From positions 159,898,001 to 159,962,000 of the forward strand of contig OX597815.1 of NCBI GenBank assembly GCA_951406725.2: DNA of 64,000 nucleotides, read 5' to 3'. Below the pieces are notes generated by a model. The model was not told the DNA's origin and searched no databases. It saw only the letters and a list, made by a program, of their open reading frames with translations. Positions within the stretch are counted from its first letter, which is position 1, and the number at the start of each line of letters is the position of its first letter. The DNA comes from Octopus vulgaris. Taxonomy: Eukaryota. A program made the translations under genes and the position numbers. Shown here one piece after another: positions 38,867 to 51,670 of the stretch.

Positions 38867-39462
38867 GTAGCAAAGATTGTATTACAAATGATCTAGAAAA
38901 TACTTCAGTGTTGAACAGTTCGATCCAGTGAGGGAGCTTTTAAGTCACTCAACTTTCTAGAAATAGCAACTAATTTTTCACAAATTACACTCTGTTGTCT
39001 TAAGAAAGGAAAGACACATTAAGCAAAATAATCCTAGGTACATTCTGCTTGAAGAAAGACAAGGTAGTCACTGCTGGAATGGCTTTTATCAGAGCTCTCT
39101 TTGATTATGGTCATGGCTGGAATCATCATTATCATCATCATTTACCATACCTGTTTCATGCCGGCATGGGTTGAACAGTTTGAAAAGATTCGGTGGGTAC
39201 AAGGATTGTGTCATACTTCAATGTCTGCTTTGAGATGCTTTTTACAGTTGGATCCCCTTTCTAACACCAACCACTTTATAACATGTATTTGATGCTTTTT
39301 TTTATATATACCACTAGCACTAGTGAGATGACTATATGGCTTGCAAAACTATGAATATCAAGGAGGCAACTTTATGCTAGGAAATGAGGTATAAAGTGGA
39401 GTAGAATATGAGAGAAAATGGCCAGAGCAGAATAGGTTTCTTGCTGTAGAGGAGCTACATAA

Positions 39463-39857
39463 CTCTTTACTTTTTTACTCTTTTACTTGTTTGTCATTTG
39501 ACTGCAGCCATGCTGGAGCACCACCTTTAGTCGAGCACATCGACCCCAAGACTTATTCTTTGTAAGCCTAGTACTTATTCAATCGGTCTCTTTTGCCAAA
39601 CCGCTAAGTTATGGGGACGTAAATACACCAGCATCAGTTGTCAAGCGATGTTGGGGGAACAAACACAGACACACAAACACACACACATATATATACATAT
39701 ATACAATGGGCTTCTTTCAGTTTCCATCGACCAAATCCACTCACAAGGCTTTGATTGGCCCGAGGCTATAGTAGAAGACACTTGCCCAAGATGCCATGCA
39801 ATGGGACTGAACCCGGAACCATGTGGTTGGTAAGCAAACTACTTACCACACAGCCAC
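39463..39857 (-). mobile_element. SINE family A, full length
   Basis: Reverse complement of 3656-4061. Confidence 0.85.
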
Positions 39858-40716
39858 ACATTTTATGAACAATCATGGGTGTGATGGGATAGAGTTCGAA
39901 AGGGATGAAAAAATGTATAAATATATTTTGTATTAGAGTAAATCAACAGAATTAACAGTGTGTTGGACATGTGCACTGTATGTCTGAGCCATTTAAACTA
40001 ATATCTGTACAGTGTGGATTTTATGCTTCTGGTGTTAATTTGACATAGAATTCTTATGTGAGAATGATTCTATCACAGCAGGAGACTGAAAGAATCTTCT
40101 ATAAACACTGACCATTAAAGGCTTTGAGGGCCTTTGTCAACTGTACATGATACATGTCTTGCATTCATACATGAGTGGAAACACAAATTGCCTAGTTGAA
40201 CTTCGGCTTACATGCTATACACCAAGGCTATTATAGACTGTGTCAAACAATTAAAGAAAAGTAGTCATTTTCTATTACACTAGATCTGTTGCTCCATCTA
40301 AATAATGTGCAAGCAACATGCATGAAATAGCAATCAAATTACATCCTATCATTTTAAGAAAAGGAACTTACATTAGTCTTAGATAAGCCTCGTCTGAAAA
40401 CAGATAGTGTGACCACAACTAGAATGCCTTTGATCATAAGTCCGACTGATTTGTATGATTAGTTAGACTTTGGGCTAAATAAGAAGCCAATAAGCAAACC
40501 ACTATATGATCATTCAGTTTACTAAAAGTAGCTGCTAAATCTCCCTCAAATTAAATGCTACCGACTTAATGAAGGAAACTTTAGATAATGCAATTCCATG
40601 TGCATTGTGACTGATAAAAACATTGGCTATTTTTATAGCTGGGATGTTTTTCACCATCAACCTGCTCAATCAGGACCGATTTGGAGTTAAACAAAAAGTC
40701 TTGGCCAATCATTACT

Positions 40717-40933
40717 TTAACCCTTTAGCATTCAAACTGGGCCATATCTGGCCAAAATATTCTACCTGTTTTATATTCAAATCAACCAGATACAGCCTCT
40801 CACGCCTACCCTACAATGTCCTTCTAAAAATAAGCAATCACATTATGACAACCTCAAAGCTACAAGATAATTTATGATTAATTTAAAACAATGTGAATAA
40901 ATAGACAAAATAATCTGAATGCTAAAGGGTTAA
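40717..40933. mobile_element. piggyBac-type MITE family 1 (complete)
   Basis: TTAA|CCCTTTAGC...GCTAAAGGG|TTAA. Confidence 0.8.
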
Positions 40934-41589
40934 TAATCAATCCTGAAATTTATATCTATATACTGCCTCTACCCATTGCCACTTCATAACCATTTAAGAC
41001 GCCTACAATCACTGGAATATATTTTTCCATCCCACCAGCTCAATGTTTAGCCAATCCTTCCTGCTACATTTTCCTTGATTCTGTTATCTTTCTTCTCCTT
41101 CCTCATTTATCTTCATTATTTCCTACCTGTTTATTTTTCATTTAGTCTTCTTAATCTTCTTTTTTTTTATATTTCTTCTGTCATTTTGTTCATGAGATGA
41201 TGATGATGAAGAACAGCATCTGTCTTATAACTCACATTATATCCATACATTTCTTTCGCCAACAGTTAGTAACATTCATCACAGTTATCATCGTTATCTA
41301 ATGTCCACATTTCGTATTGGCATGAGTTGCCTGATACAACAAGGATCTGATGACATGGAGGATCAAGTCATACACCAATGTCGGTTTTGCCATGGTTTCT
41401 ATAACTCAATACACTTTCTTACATCAACCACTTTATATTGTGCTGGTTGCTTTTTTGTTGAGTCACCGCTTATGATACAGCTATTCTATAGATAAAAAGA
41501 ACAACTGTCACATCACTGGTTATATAAACCATATATAATGAGTATATATTTATATATATATATATGTGTGTGTTTGTGTGTGTGTATTT

Positions 41590-42538
41590 ATAAAAAGTGT
41601 AGGTGACATACGAGTGGTTATATATTTATAAAAAAGAAGTTTGAAAACGCCACTATATAAGATGAATTAAAATTTTCTGAAAGATTTTACATATTTCGGT
41701 TCTTCTTGAACAAAAACGAACCTTATCAAAAATATTTTTTTTTAAAAGTTAAGTGTAATAAAAGAAAAGTTCATAATTATTTCTTACTAGTTTCAACAGA
41801 GTCCACGTGGTAGTGTTTCATGTGTGGGAACATGATGGCTGTCTTGTGCATTGACTAGAATCGGACAATTTGTGAGACTCTGATAGTGAAGGTCATAAAG
41901 CTCTTCAAACTTCAGAGGTAGAAATCTGTTACAGTATAAACTATCAAAGAATAAACTATCTGGGTCAGCAAGGATAGGTTATCTCCTTTAGACCAGTCTA
42001 TGTGGGCCAAAAAAGGCAAACAAGAAACTCTGTCCTGAGGTTGCTTTTAGCTCGTAAGGACCTTTTTAGATCTAATCGATGAATGGAGAATCCTGTGTTT
42101 GCAGCAAGCAGTGTTTGAAATGGATCCAAAGACTATAAATTTCATTTTGGGAATTTCATAATTTTGATTCCAGGGAGTCTTTGAGGATCCTTACTTGCTC
42201 GGCTATGCAAAGTTTGCAGTGTCCACTCTCATTAATATAGGATTCTGGCCACTCTATGATCCGCCACTTGATATCATATGGGATCCTTTTATCTTTAAGA
42301 CGTTACACATGGTTTGTCATGGATGTGATGAATCATCTTTCTGGAATCCTGAAAGAAGACTTGTGATTGTACAGATGCCACTTGAAGGCAGTTCTGGTTG
42401 ACCTAATATATTTCCAGACTTGAGTGTCTGTTGTGTTCACATTTCTGGTGCATCTTCCATTGGCTCTGAGCCTGGAGATGTTGTTGTTGCAGCTGTTGTT
42501 ACTGGGGCTGTTATTATGGAGTGTGGGTCTGACAATGT
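41590..42538 (-). mobile_element. Penelope-like element: GIY-YIG endonuclease relic plus 3' terminus, inserted in (TA)n
   Basis: Minus-strand WKYIRSTRTAFKWHLYNHKSSFR, RLKDKRIPYDIKWRII, GHCKLCIAE; microsatellites on both sides; hammerhead motif downstream. Confidence 0.8.
41684..41733 (-). ncRNA. minimal hammerhead ribozyme with U3-A8 core variant
   Basis: Minus strand ATTT-TTGATAA-GGTTC[15 nt]GAACC-GAAA-TATG-TA-AAAT: 4-bp stem I, perfect 5-bp stem II, near-palindromic stem III. Confidence 0.65.
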
Positions 42539-42539
42539 C

Positions 42540-42576
<37 letters not shown>

Positions 42577-42579
42577 TAT

Positions 42580-42820
42580 ATCATCATCATCATCATCACC
42601 GTTTAACATCCGTTTTCCGTGCTAGCATGGGTTGGACGGTTCGACCGGGGTCTGGGAAGCCAGGAGGCTGTACCAGGCTTCAGTCTGATCTGGCAGTGTT
42701 TCTACAGCTTGAGGCCCTTCATAATGCCAACCACTCCGTGAATGTAGTGGGTGCTTTTTACGTGCCAGGGGAGGCTGGCAGCGTCCACGATCGGTTGGTG
42801 CTTTTTACGTGCCACCGGCA
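42580..42820 (-). mobile_element. 5'-truncated RTE LINE 3' UTR
   Basis: Reverse complement of 58250-58428 with (CAT)n; TA-rich flanks. Confidence 0.8.
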
Positions 42821-43457
42821 ATGTACATATATATATATGCACTAGACTAGCTTCAAAACTATTCTGGTTTCCAATTAGGAGTAGTCTTTTGAATATATTA
42901 TCTCTGGTCAAGTTGGACAAGGCAACTATGATATTTATGATTATTCTCAATACTACACTTTAGTATTTCATATTTCTCATGTAATTTATATTCTTTGCTT
43001 CAGTTTTATGTATATTGAATTTGTATATGCATTTCATTAATAATTTTATTTCATATAATAGTACAAATATATATATATATACACACACAGACATACATAA
43101 ATATATGCATTTATATATACATATATATGATGTGTGGTAGATACATATATCTGTATGCATATACTTGAAACATCTGCTAAAAAGAATAATCTCATAGAAT
43201 AAAGAGAGAAGAATGGTGGGAGGAGTGGTGGCAGAGAAGCGGTGGTGGTGGGGAAAACAAACTTTTATGAAACTCACTTCTAGTATTTTAATACTTTAAT
43301 TTTAAATTGACACACTAGTATTAGAAATAATGAAAAATTATGAGATTCTCTGAAGAATGAAATTGGGAAAATTCAAAATTATTCTAATGATGCTTTCAAT
43401 AAATATATATTCAATTATGTATGCATTTTTAATTTAAGAACAGTTTCATGGACAGTT

Positions 43458-43493
<36 letters not shown>

Positions 43494-43928
43494 GCACACA
43501 CAGATATACTTATCTCAATACCAGAATTAAAATTGGTAAATACAAAGCACGCTGCTTTGCTGTGAATATACTCATATATATATGACAAAATTTTTTTCAT
43601 ATAAAATTTCAGATATATTCCACATATTATGGATAGTTTATGTGTACTAAAGACAGATAAAAGATATGTGACAAATGGGTTGCATTCAATGCCAAATTAG
43701 GTAGAATTTAATTGCATAATACAAGCTATTACAGAATACAATTATGATTGAGAACAGACTATTGCATATGTTATGTAATAATTAGATACTAAAATTTCAG
43801 ATCAAATTTCCATTAAAAAAAATGGTTGGTTTAGAGGATGGAAAATGTGGCAGGATTTAAAAAGGTAATGATGATGTTTGAATGCTTATGCTCCATATTT
43901 ACACTGATATATCATGTTGACTTGTGAT

Positions 43929-44232
43929 GGTGCATGGCTTAATGGTTAGAGTATTCAGCTCATGATCACAAGGTCGTGAATTCAATTTACTGCGATGCCT
44001 TGTGTCCCTGAGCAACATGCTTTATTTCATGTTGCTCCAGTCCACTCGTGACAAAAATGAGTAGTACCTGCATTTCAAAGGGCTACCTTTGTCACACTCT
44101 CCCTGCGAACTACATTAAGGGCATATGTGTTCATGGGGTGCTCAGCCACTTGCACATCAATTTCATGAGCAGGCTGTCCCATTGATCAGCTCAACTTGAA
44201 CCCTTGTCATCAGAAGAAACAGCGTGCCACTT
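43929..44232 (+). mobile_element. CORE-like SINE, family D
   Basis: TGGCTTAATGGTTA A-box, GAATTCAATT B-box, TGTGTCCCTGAGCAACATGCTTTATTTC..CTCCAGTCCACTC; tail also at 54464-54563. Confidence 0.7.
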
Positions 44233-44261
44233 TTTCATGTTGACTTGTAAGATAGAAAATA

Positions 44262-46673
44262 TCTATACATATATAAATGCAAGTTGTCTGTTTCGATGTC
44301 TGTTTCCATGTCTGTCTGTGTCAAGTTGCTGTCTACACTCATTAATGAATTTTCATGAAACTTCGCAAGCATGTTAAAGTAACATCCAGTTTGTCACTAG
44401 GCTCATTGAAGTTTAATAAAAATCTATATTGGATGGCTAGGGTCCCTAGAAGGGGTCCACATATAATAACCCATATATATATATATTTTCCTTTAACAGC
44501 CAAGGGAAATAACCCATTCATTTTCCTTTGCATCAAATGGTTCCCCAGGGAATTTATCCACAAGACGCATACGGGACATGATGGTTACCCACTCTACAGG
44601 TACCAAAAACCAGAAGATGGTGGAAACACTACCAAGCTCAAAGTTAAGGATCATGGGATGGAAATTGATAACAAGTGGATTGTGCCCCACAACCCATTGC
44701 TGTCTAAAACATTGCAGGCCCATGTTAATGTTGACTCATGTAACTCTATAAAAAATATTAAATATGTATGTAAATACATCATTAAGGGCTCAGATATGGC
44801 AGTTTTTGGACTTGAACAGAAGGGCATCTAGGCAGATGAAATTCAGCAATATAAGTTGGGCAGATATATATCCTCTGACAAGGGAATGTGGCACATCCTG
44901 GGTTTTGAAATCTACAAGCAGCATCCAACAGTGGTGAATCTATCTGAACATCTTAAAAATGGCCAGCATGTATATTTCACAGAAGACAATGCTCGAAACG
45001 TAATTTTGAATCCGCCAGAAACCATTTTGACAGCTTTCTTCAAATTATGCCAATGCAATCTGTTTGCCCGAATGCTGTTGCATGTTGAGGTTCCTGTTCC
45101 ACATTCCTGTTTCCACATTCAATAATGCCATTTACAATGAGGCATTACTTGACTTGAACATCTGAGTGCAAGCTATGGGAGATCAAGGCATTGCTACATT
45201 TGGTCTGCCTCAACTAGAGCAGGCAGCAAACAATCTCACAATTGAGTACCTTTGAGAAATCAGCTGACATCAAGGAAATTACAGTGTATATAGCTGATAA
45301 CAAACACAAACTGATGGAGGACCAACTGGGTCCTTATAAGACCATTATTTTGAGCATTGAAAGTAAAAGAGACAGTCTTTTCTTTCTGGATGCTCCAGAT
45401 GGATCTGGCAGGACATTTGTCATCAACCTTCTTATGGCTAAACTGTGCTAAATGAAACACATTGCCATAGCAGTGGTGTCATGTGGATTTGCTGCAAATC
45501 TGCCAAATGGTGGCTGCACAGCTCATTCCTCTTTCAAACTCCTTTTGGACCTGTCCAAGAAAGAGAAGGCAAACTGCAACATCAGTCATGGTTCTATAAA
45601 AGGCAAACTTCTGGGTGAATGCAGGTTGATCATCTGGGATGGGGCAACAATGAGCCATTAGGTTTCCTTTGAAGCTCTTGACATAGCACTTCAGGGTCTG
45701 TGACACAACACCAGGCCCATGGGAGGTGCCACTATCTTGCTTGCAGGAGACTTTAGACAAACCCTTTCCATGGTTCAAAAGAGGACAACAGCTGATGAGG
45801 TAAATGCCAGCATAAAGTCGTTCTACTTATGGAGCAGTGTGTAAAAACTGAGACTCACAACTAACATGAGACTGCAGCTCAGTGGTGATGATGCAGGCAG
45901 AACCTTTTTTAAAGCAACTGTTAGACGTCAGTAGTGGCACTTCGGTTGGTGAGAAGGATGGTTGGGCAAGCTTGCCTTTTGGACATATGGTATTTGATTT
46001 AAAGGAACTAATGAATAAGGTGTTTTCTAATCTGAGGAATCAGTTTACAGACAAGTGGATGAAAACCCGTGCCGTTTTAGCTCCAAAAAATGTGGCAGTT
46101 GATGATTTGAACATTAAACTTCTGGAACAGTTGCCAAGTGAATGTCACATCTACAATTCTATTGCCATTGTACTCAACATCGATAAAGCTGTGAATTATT
46201 CAGTTGAATTCTTGGATAAACAAACACCACCTGGTCTCCTATCTTGCAACTTCCACCTCAAGATTGGGGCACCAGTTGTGCTGCTTCAAAACCTTAATCC
46301 ACCAAAACTTTGCAGTGGCATGTGACTCATAATAAAGATGATACTAACAGTCTTGGAAACAACAATTTTGACTGCTAAACTTAGCGGGGAGCCTGTACTC
46401 ATTCCTAGAATTCCACTTATTTCCTCGGATATGCCTTTCTAGAACAAGTGCTTGCAATTCCCATTGAAATTGAGCTTTGCAATGAACATTAACAAGGGTT
46501 AGAAGCATTCCTTGGATGTGGTTGGTCTGAACCTTGCGGAACCAGTTTTCTCCCATGGCCAACTTTATACAGGATGCTCAAGAGTTGGCAATCACAATCC
46601 TAATCATTTGTTTATTTATGCCCCACAAGGAAAGACCAAAAATGTTGTTTATCAAGAAACTCTGCAAAATTAA
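44262..46673 (+). mobile_element. Helitron, internally deleted; Rep C-terminus + Pif1-like helicase pseudogene
   Basis: A|TC 5' end; GYPLYRY, IDNKWIVPHNPLL, IKYVCKYIIKGSD, GRYISS, FFLDAPDGSGRTF (Walker A), IIWDGATM, GDFRQTL, LTTNMR, LLQNLNPPKLC, FSHGQLY, TKNVVY; 3' CTRR end not located. Confidence 0.9.
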
Positions 46674-47134
46674 TAAGATTCACCAATTCATCAGGTATTT
46701 ATTATTTAACTGTAATATTTGTAAGTGTTGTAAATGTATTGATAATCTACATGTTATTTTATTTTAAAATCTATATGCAAATTTATTTGTATGTCTACTG
46801 TAAAACTAAATGTCAGTCTGTTTCTACATTCGTGCAATGAGATATCGAACCTTCATACTGTTAAAAGAAATCATGCCTATAGCAAAAAACAGATCTGGGT
46901 CAGATCTGTTGACCCTTTCTAAGTCTTTAACAATGAGCAATATTTTTCTCATAGGCATTATTAATTTTGTTAATTAGGAATCAAACTAAATAAAAAATAG
47001 ATTAATTAACCTTGCTTCTTCACAGAAGAAAGCAGAAGTGTTGAAAGATGTTTAGCGCATCCTGAAGATGGCAGGAAGGGATTAATCTCCCTTCACTTAA
47101 GAGAAATTGTACCAAGAAATAAAGGTAGAAATAT

Positions 47135-47290
47135 AGTCATAGCTGTGTAGTTAGGAAGTTCACTTTGCAACCACATGGTTTCAAGTTCAATCCCACTATG
47201 TGGCACCTTGGACAAGTGTCTGCTACTATAGCCCTGGGCTGACCAATGCCTTGTGAGAGAATTTGGGAGATGGAAACTGTGTGAAATCCC
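47135..47290 (+). mobile_element. SINE family A head only, ending in (TA)n
   Basis: Matches 3660-3820. Confidence 0.7.
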
Positions 47291-47634
47291 ATATATATAT
47301 ATATATATATAAAAAGTTTAAAGGGATATATAATCATGATGGTTACCATGTTTCCTCTTCAATTGGTTTCATATGCTGGCTAACTGCAATGGTCCTTTAG
47401 TGATACCGGAGTTAGCAATAAGCTAGTTAACAATAAGTTGCTAGGACTGTACTTCACTTTAACTACCACACTTAGTGGAGGTGAACCCTAGGTCAAGATT
47501 CCTACAACTATTTATAGTAACATCCATACCTCCTACAAAACACTTTATTCATTCAGCTTGCTGATTCCTTCAGTTTCACTTTGAAACGGCTGTAAATAAG
47601 GACCCTGGTGAAACTGTACTGACAATGAATAATA

Positions 47635-47795
47635 GGTGCAGGTGTGGCTACGTGGTAAGAAGCTTGTTTCCCAACCTCATAGTTCTGAGTTCAGTCCCAC
47701 TGCATGGCATCTTGGGCAAGTGTCTTCTACTATAGCCTCAGGCTGCCCAAAGCCTTGTGAGTGGATTTGCTAGACTGAAACTGAAAAAAGCCTGT

Positions 47796-47829
<34 letters not shown>

Positions 47830-48045
47830 TATATTTGTGTTTGTCCCTCCCCACCACCATTGCTTGACAACCAATGCTGGTGTGTTTACAATCTCATAAC
47901 TTAGTAGTTCTGCAAAAGAGACCAATAGAACAAGTACTATGCTTACAAAGAATAAGTCCTAGGGTTGATTTGTTTGACTAAAACCTTTGAAGGTGGTGCT
48001 CCAGCATGGACACAGTCAAATGAGTAAAATGGGTAAAAGAATAAG
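47635..48045 (+). mobile_element. SINE family A, full length
   Basis: Colinear with 3656-4061. Confidence 0.85.
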
Positions 48046-48129
48046 AAAATAAAACAATAATATTTAGCAAGTTCAACGGTAAGGTTAGGAGTGTCACTTA
48101 CCTCCAATTAGGGAGTAATGCCATAACTG

Positions 48130-48725
48130 TCTGGTTTAACAAAATCCTGCAACAAACACAATGCCAAATTTGCAGTGTGACATGGTGTGACATCCATCTA
48201 TCTCTAAATTATTACGACATAAAGCACAAGCAGAAGATTTCACCAAATTATACAATATTGCAAATAACAATAACGAAATTAACATTGCCTACGAGAAAAA
48301 CATTACTTATTGTTAAAGACTTAGAAAAGGTCAAGAGATTTGACCCAAACATTTCTTTTGACATAGGCATGATTTTCTTTGACTGTGAAGGTTTATCTCA
48401 TTGAATTATGCATCTTTCATTTATTTAGGAAAAAATTCCCATAAGTAAATTTAAGCTTATATTATGATGATGGAGTAGCCATTTCCAATAAATGCTGGCT
48501 ATCACACATTAGGAAACAATTCAAAATCTTCATTACTTTAGGGCTAAAATCATTATAATGATAAATGTTACCATAGTTAATTCCTAACCTGAGCACCAAC
48601 TCTTGTAGGAAAACCAATGAAAAGTTCACATAAGTTAATTGTGGACCATGTCACTCACCATTGTGTTTAAGAACCCAGTCAAAAACATTAGTAGAAGGAT
48701 ATTGAACTGGCTTTCAAATAAAGAT
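48130..48725 (+). mobile_element. Penelope-like element RT relic
   Basis: WFNKI, RKTLL, SFDIGM, LYYDDGVAI (cf. GLYRDDGL), KIFITLGLK, FKNPVKNISRRI; heavily mutated. Confidence 0.65.
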
Positions 48726-48842
48726 AGTAGATTTAACCCTTTTGTTACCATATTTCTGTTGGAAATACACAGCTTTTGATTCAACTAATTTTGCAAATAA
48801 TGAAAAATTTAGTAAAGTAACTGTCATTATTAATTTGGTATT

Positions 48843-49235
48843 TAAGGTAATGAGCTGGCAAAATCGTTACTATGCCGAGTAAAATGTTTAGTAGCAGTTC
48901 ATCCATCTTTACGTTTTGAGATCAAATTCCATCTGGGTTGACTTTGCCTTTCCCCATTTTGGAGTTGATAAATTAAATACCAGTGAAACACTGGGGTCAA
49001 TATAATCAGTATTATTATTAAGGCAGTGAGCTGGCAGAATCATTAGCATGCTGGGCAAAATACCAAGCAATATTTTGTCCATCTTCATGTTCTGAGATCA
49101 AATTCCACTGAGCTGACTTTGCCTTTCATCCTTTTGGAGTCAATAAATTAAGTACTAGTGAAGCACTAAGATTGATATAATCGACTTAACCTGCCCCCAA
49201 AATTGCTGGCCTCGTGTCATAATTCGAAATTGTTA
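48843..49235 (+). mobile_element. two tandem SINE family C copies
   Basis: 48843-49010 and 49018-49235. Confidence 0.75.
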
Positions 49236-49459
49236 TTATTATTGTTGCTGTTGTTTTTATTATGAGATAGATCTGCAAAATGTATGACATCATATGATGA
49301 TATTCTTATAGAAATAAAGAGACAAGCTAACTTTGAATGTCACATAATCAATCAAACAAAAATTAATCGTAGTCTAGTATTGTGGTAGATGATATTGACT
49401 AGCTTTTCCACTCAGAAATTGCTGGCTATGTGTCTTAATTACAAGACATGATTATTACT

Positions 49460-49882
49460 ACTGGCAAGATGGTAGAATTGTTTGCACAGCAGACAGAATG
49501 CTTAGTGGCATTTCATCCATCTTTACATTCTGAGTTCAGTTTTTGCCATGGTAGACTTTGCCTTTCATCCTTTCGGGATGGATAAAATAAGTACCTATTT
49601 CTTTACTACCCACAAGGGGCTAAACACAGAGAAGACAAACAAGGACAGACAAACGGATTAAGTCGATTATATCGACTCAGTGCGTTACTGGTACTTATTT
49701 AATTGACCTCGAAAGGATGAAAGGCAAAGTCGACCTCAGTGGAATTTCAACTCAGAACGTAGCAGCAGACCAGTAGACGAAGTACCACTAAGCAATTCAC
49801 CCAGCATGCTAACGTTTCTGCCAGCTCACTGCCTTATTGATAAAATAAGTACCAGTCAAGCGCTGAGGTCAATGTAATTGAT
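49460..49882. mobile_element. SINE family C (+) containing an antisense family C variant-2 copy (49596-49838), 15-bp TSD
   Basis: GATAAAATAAGTACC at 49581-49595 and 49839-49853. Confidence 0.85.
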
Positions 49883-49998
49883 TATTACTGTTGTTGTTGG
49901 TGGTGTTAATGAGCAGAAAGAGCAACACTCTTCTACTAGCAACTAATTAAATCTACATGGACAAAGCAGGAATGATCCTTCTGATGAACTTCCATGTA

Positions 49999-50191
49999 CA
50001 GGGTGATTGAAAAGTAACTCCCTATTTTAAAGTACTTGTAAATTATTTATTAATTGTAATTTTTTCTCAAATTTTTTTTTGTTTGTCTTTTGAATTTTAA
50101 ATGAAACCTCATACTAAAAGCTTTCCTCTCATATCCAGTTTTTTTGTAAAAATGACAATAAATAATTCTTAAGTAGTTTAAAATCACTCTG
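49999..50191. mobile_element. Tc1/mariner-type MITE
   Basis: TA|CAGGGTGATT...AATCACTCTG|TA. Confidence 0.55.
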
Positions 50192-50817
50192 TAGTTTCCT
50201 TCAGTCATATTTCACTCACAAGACTTTGGTCAACCAAAAAATATAGAAAAAGATATTTGCCAAGTTACCTGTCACCTATGGTTGAGTAATAACTGAAAGA
50301 CTACGACAGCAAATATATAGATAACTACTGATAACCTTGTTTTAATAGTTATATTTTGGTATAACTAAATTATTAATGACAAGTTCTTCAAGATCATCAT
50401 AGATTATTTATGGATTTTCTAAATCATTAAATTATATTCTTAAAAATCCACAATGCAACACACTATTTGAGAACTGCTGCTCTTGTTCAATGACATATAC
50501 TAAGAGAATCCTTTCCTAAATCACTATGGACCACATGACCTAGCTCCTCTATCTATTTTTGTAGTATTAAGCAGATGATAGATACTTCTACCGCTTACTG
50601 CTGGTAGCTTCTGTTACTGTAGATGTTGATCATGATATTGCAAGCCAACACACCACAAACCGAATTAAGAAAACTACTGCTGACTATAGTGGTGCAGGTG
50701 GTTTCTCTTCTGTGCTACTCAATAACAGTCAGGTGAACTGCACAATGTCTTCACAATCACATGGCATTCCTCCTCCTCCCCCTCCCCTCTCCCTCATCAT
50801 CATCACCACCACCACCG

Positions 50818-51200
50818 TCATCATCATCATTTAGCGTTTGCTTTCCATATTGCCATGGATTAGACAGTTTGACTGAAACTGGTAAGCTTGAGAGCTGCAC
50901 CAGGTTCCAGTCTGATTTGGCATGGTTTCTTTGACTGGATGCCCTTCCTAATGCCAACCACCCCAAGAGTGCAATGGGTACTTTTTACATGACACCAGCA
51001 TCGGCCACAACTATACTTTCACTTGGCTTGATAAATCTTCTCAAGCACAGCATATCACCAAATGTCTCAGTCACTTATCATTACCTTCATGAGGCCCCAC
51101 ATTCGAAGGGTGCTTTTTACATGCCACTGGCACAGGTACCTGTTATGTGACACCAGCATCAGCCACAGCTACGGTTTCACTTGGCTTGACAGGTTTTCTC
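50818..51200 (-). mobile_element. RTE-related 3' UTR fragment
   Basis: (CAT)n tail, CTGGATGCCCTTCCTAATGCCAACCAC, duplicated internal unit. Confidence 0.75.
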
Positions 51201-51272
51201 GAGGGTAGGAAAAGACATCTCAACTAGTTGTTCATTATCATCCACTCTACCATCCTCACTCACTAACACTTA

Positions 51273-51670
51273 TTACTCTTTTACTTGTTTCAGTCATTTG
51301 ACTGTGGCCATGCTGGAGCACCGCCTTTAGTTGAGCAAATCAACCCCAGGACTTATTCTTTGTAAGCCTAGTACTTATTCTATCAATCTCTTTTGCTGAA
51401 CTGCTAAGTTACAGGGATATAAGCACACCAGCATCAGTTGTCAAGCGATGTTGGGAGGACAAACACATACACAAACGTATACACACATACATATCTATAT
51501 ATATATACTTATATACAATGGGCTTCTTTCAATTTCCGTCTACCAAATCTACTAACAAGGCTTTGGTCGGCCCAAGGCTATATTAGAAGACACTTGCCCA
51601 AGGTGCCACACAGTGGGACTGAACCCGGAACCATGTGGTTCGTAAGCAAGCCACTTACCACACAGCAACT
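51273..51670 (-). mobile_element. SINE family A, full length
   Basis: Reverse complement of 3656-4061. Confidence 0.85.

Noticed and set aside
47055-47115. CTGAAGA, GAAGGGA/TCCCTTC hairpin, GAAA as a hammerhead
   Set aside because: Hairpin is not adjacent to the core boxes and stem I cannot form
47400-47430. Helitron 3' end at GCTAG|T
   Set aside because: No convincing GC-rich hairpin upstream, and other repeats intervene
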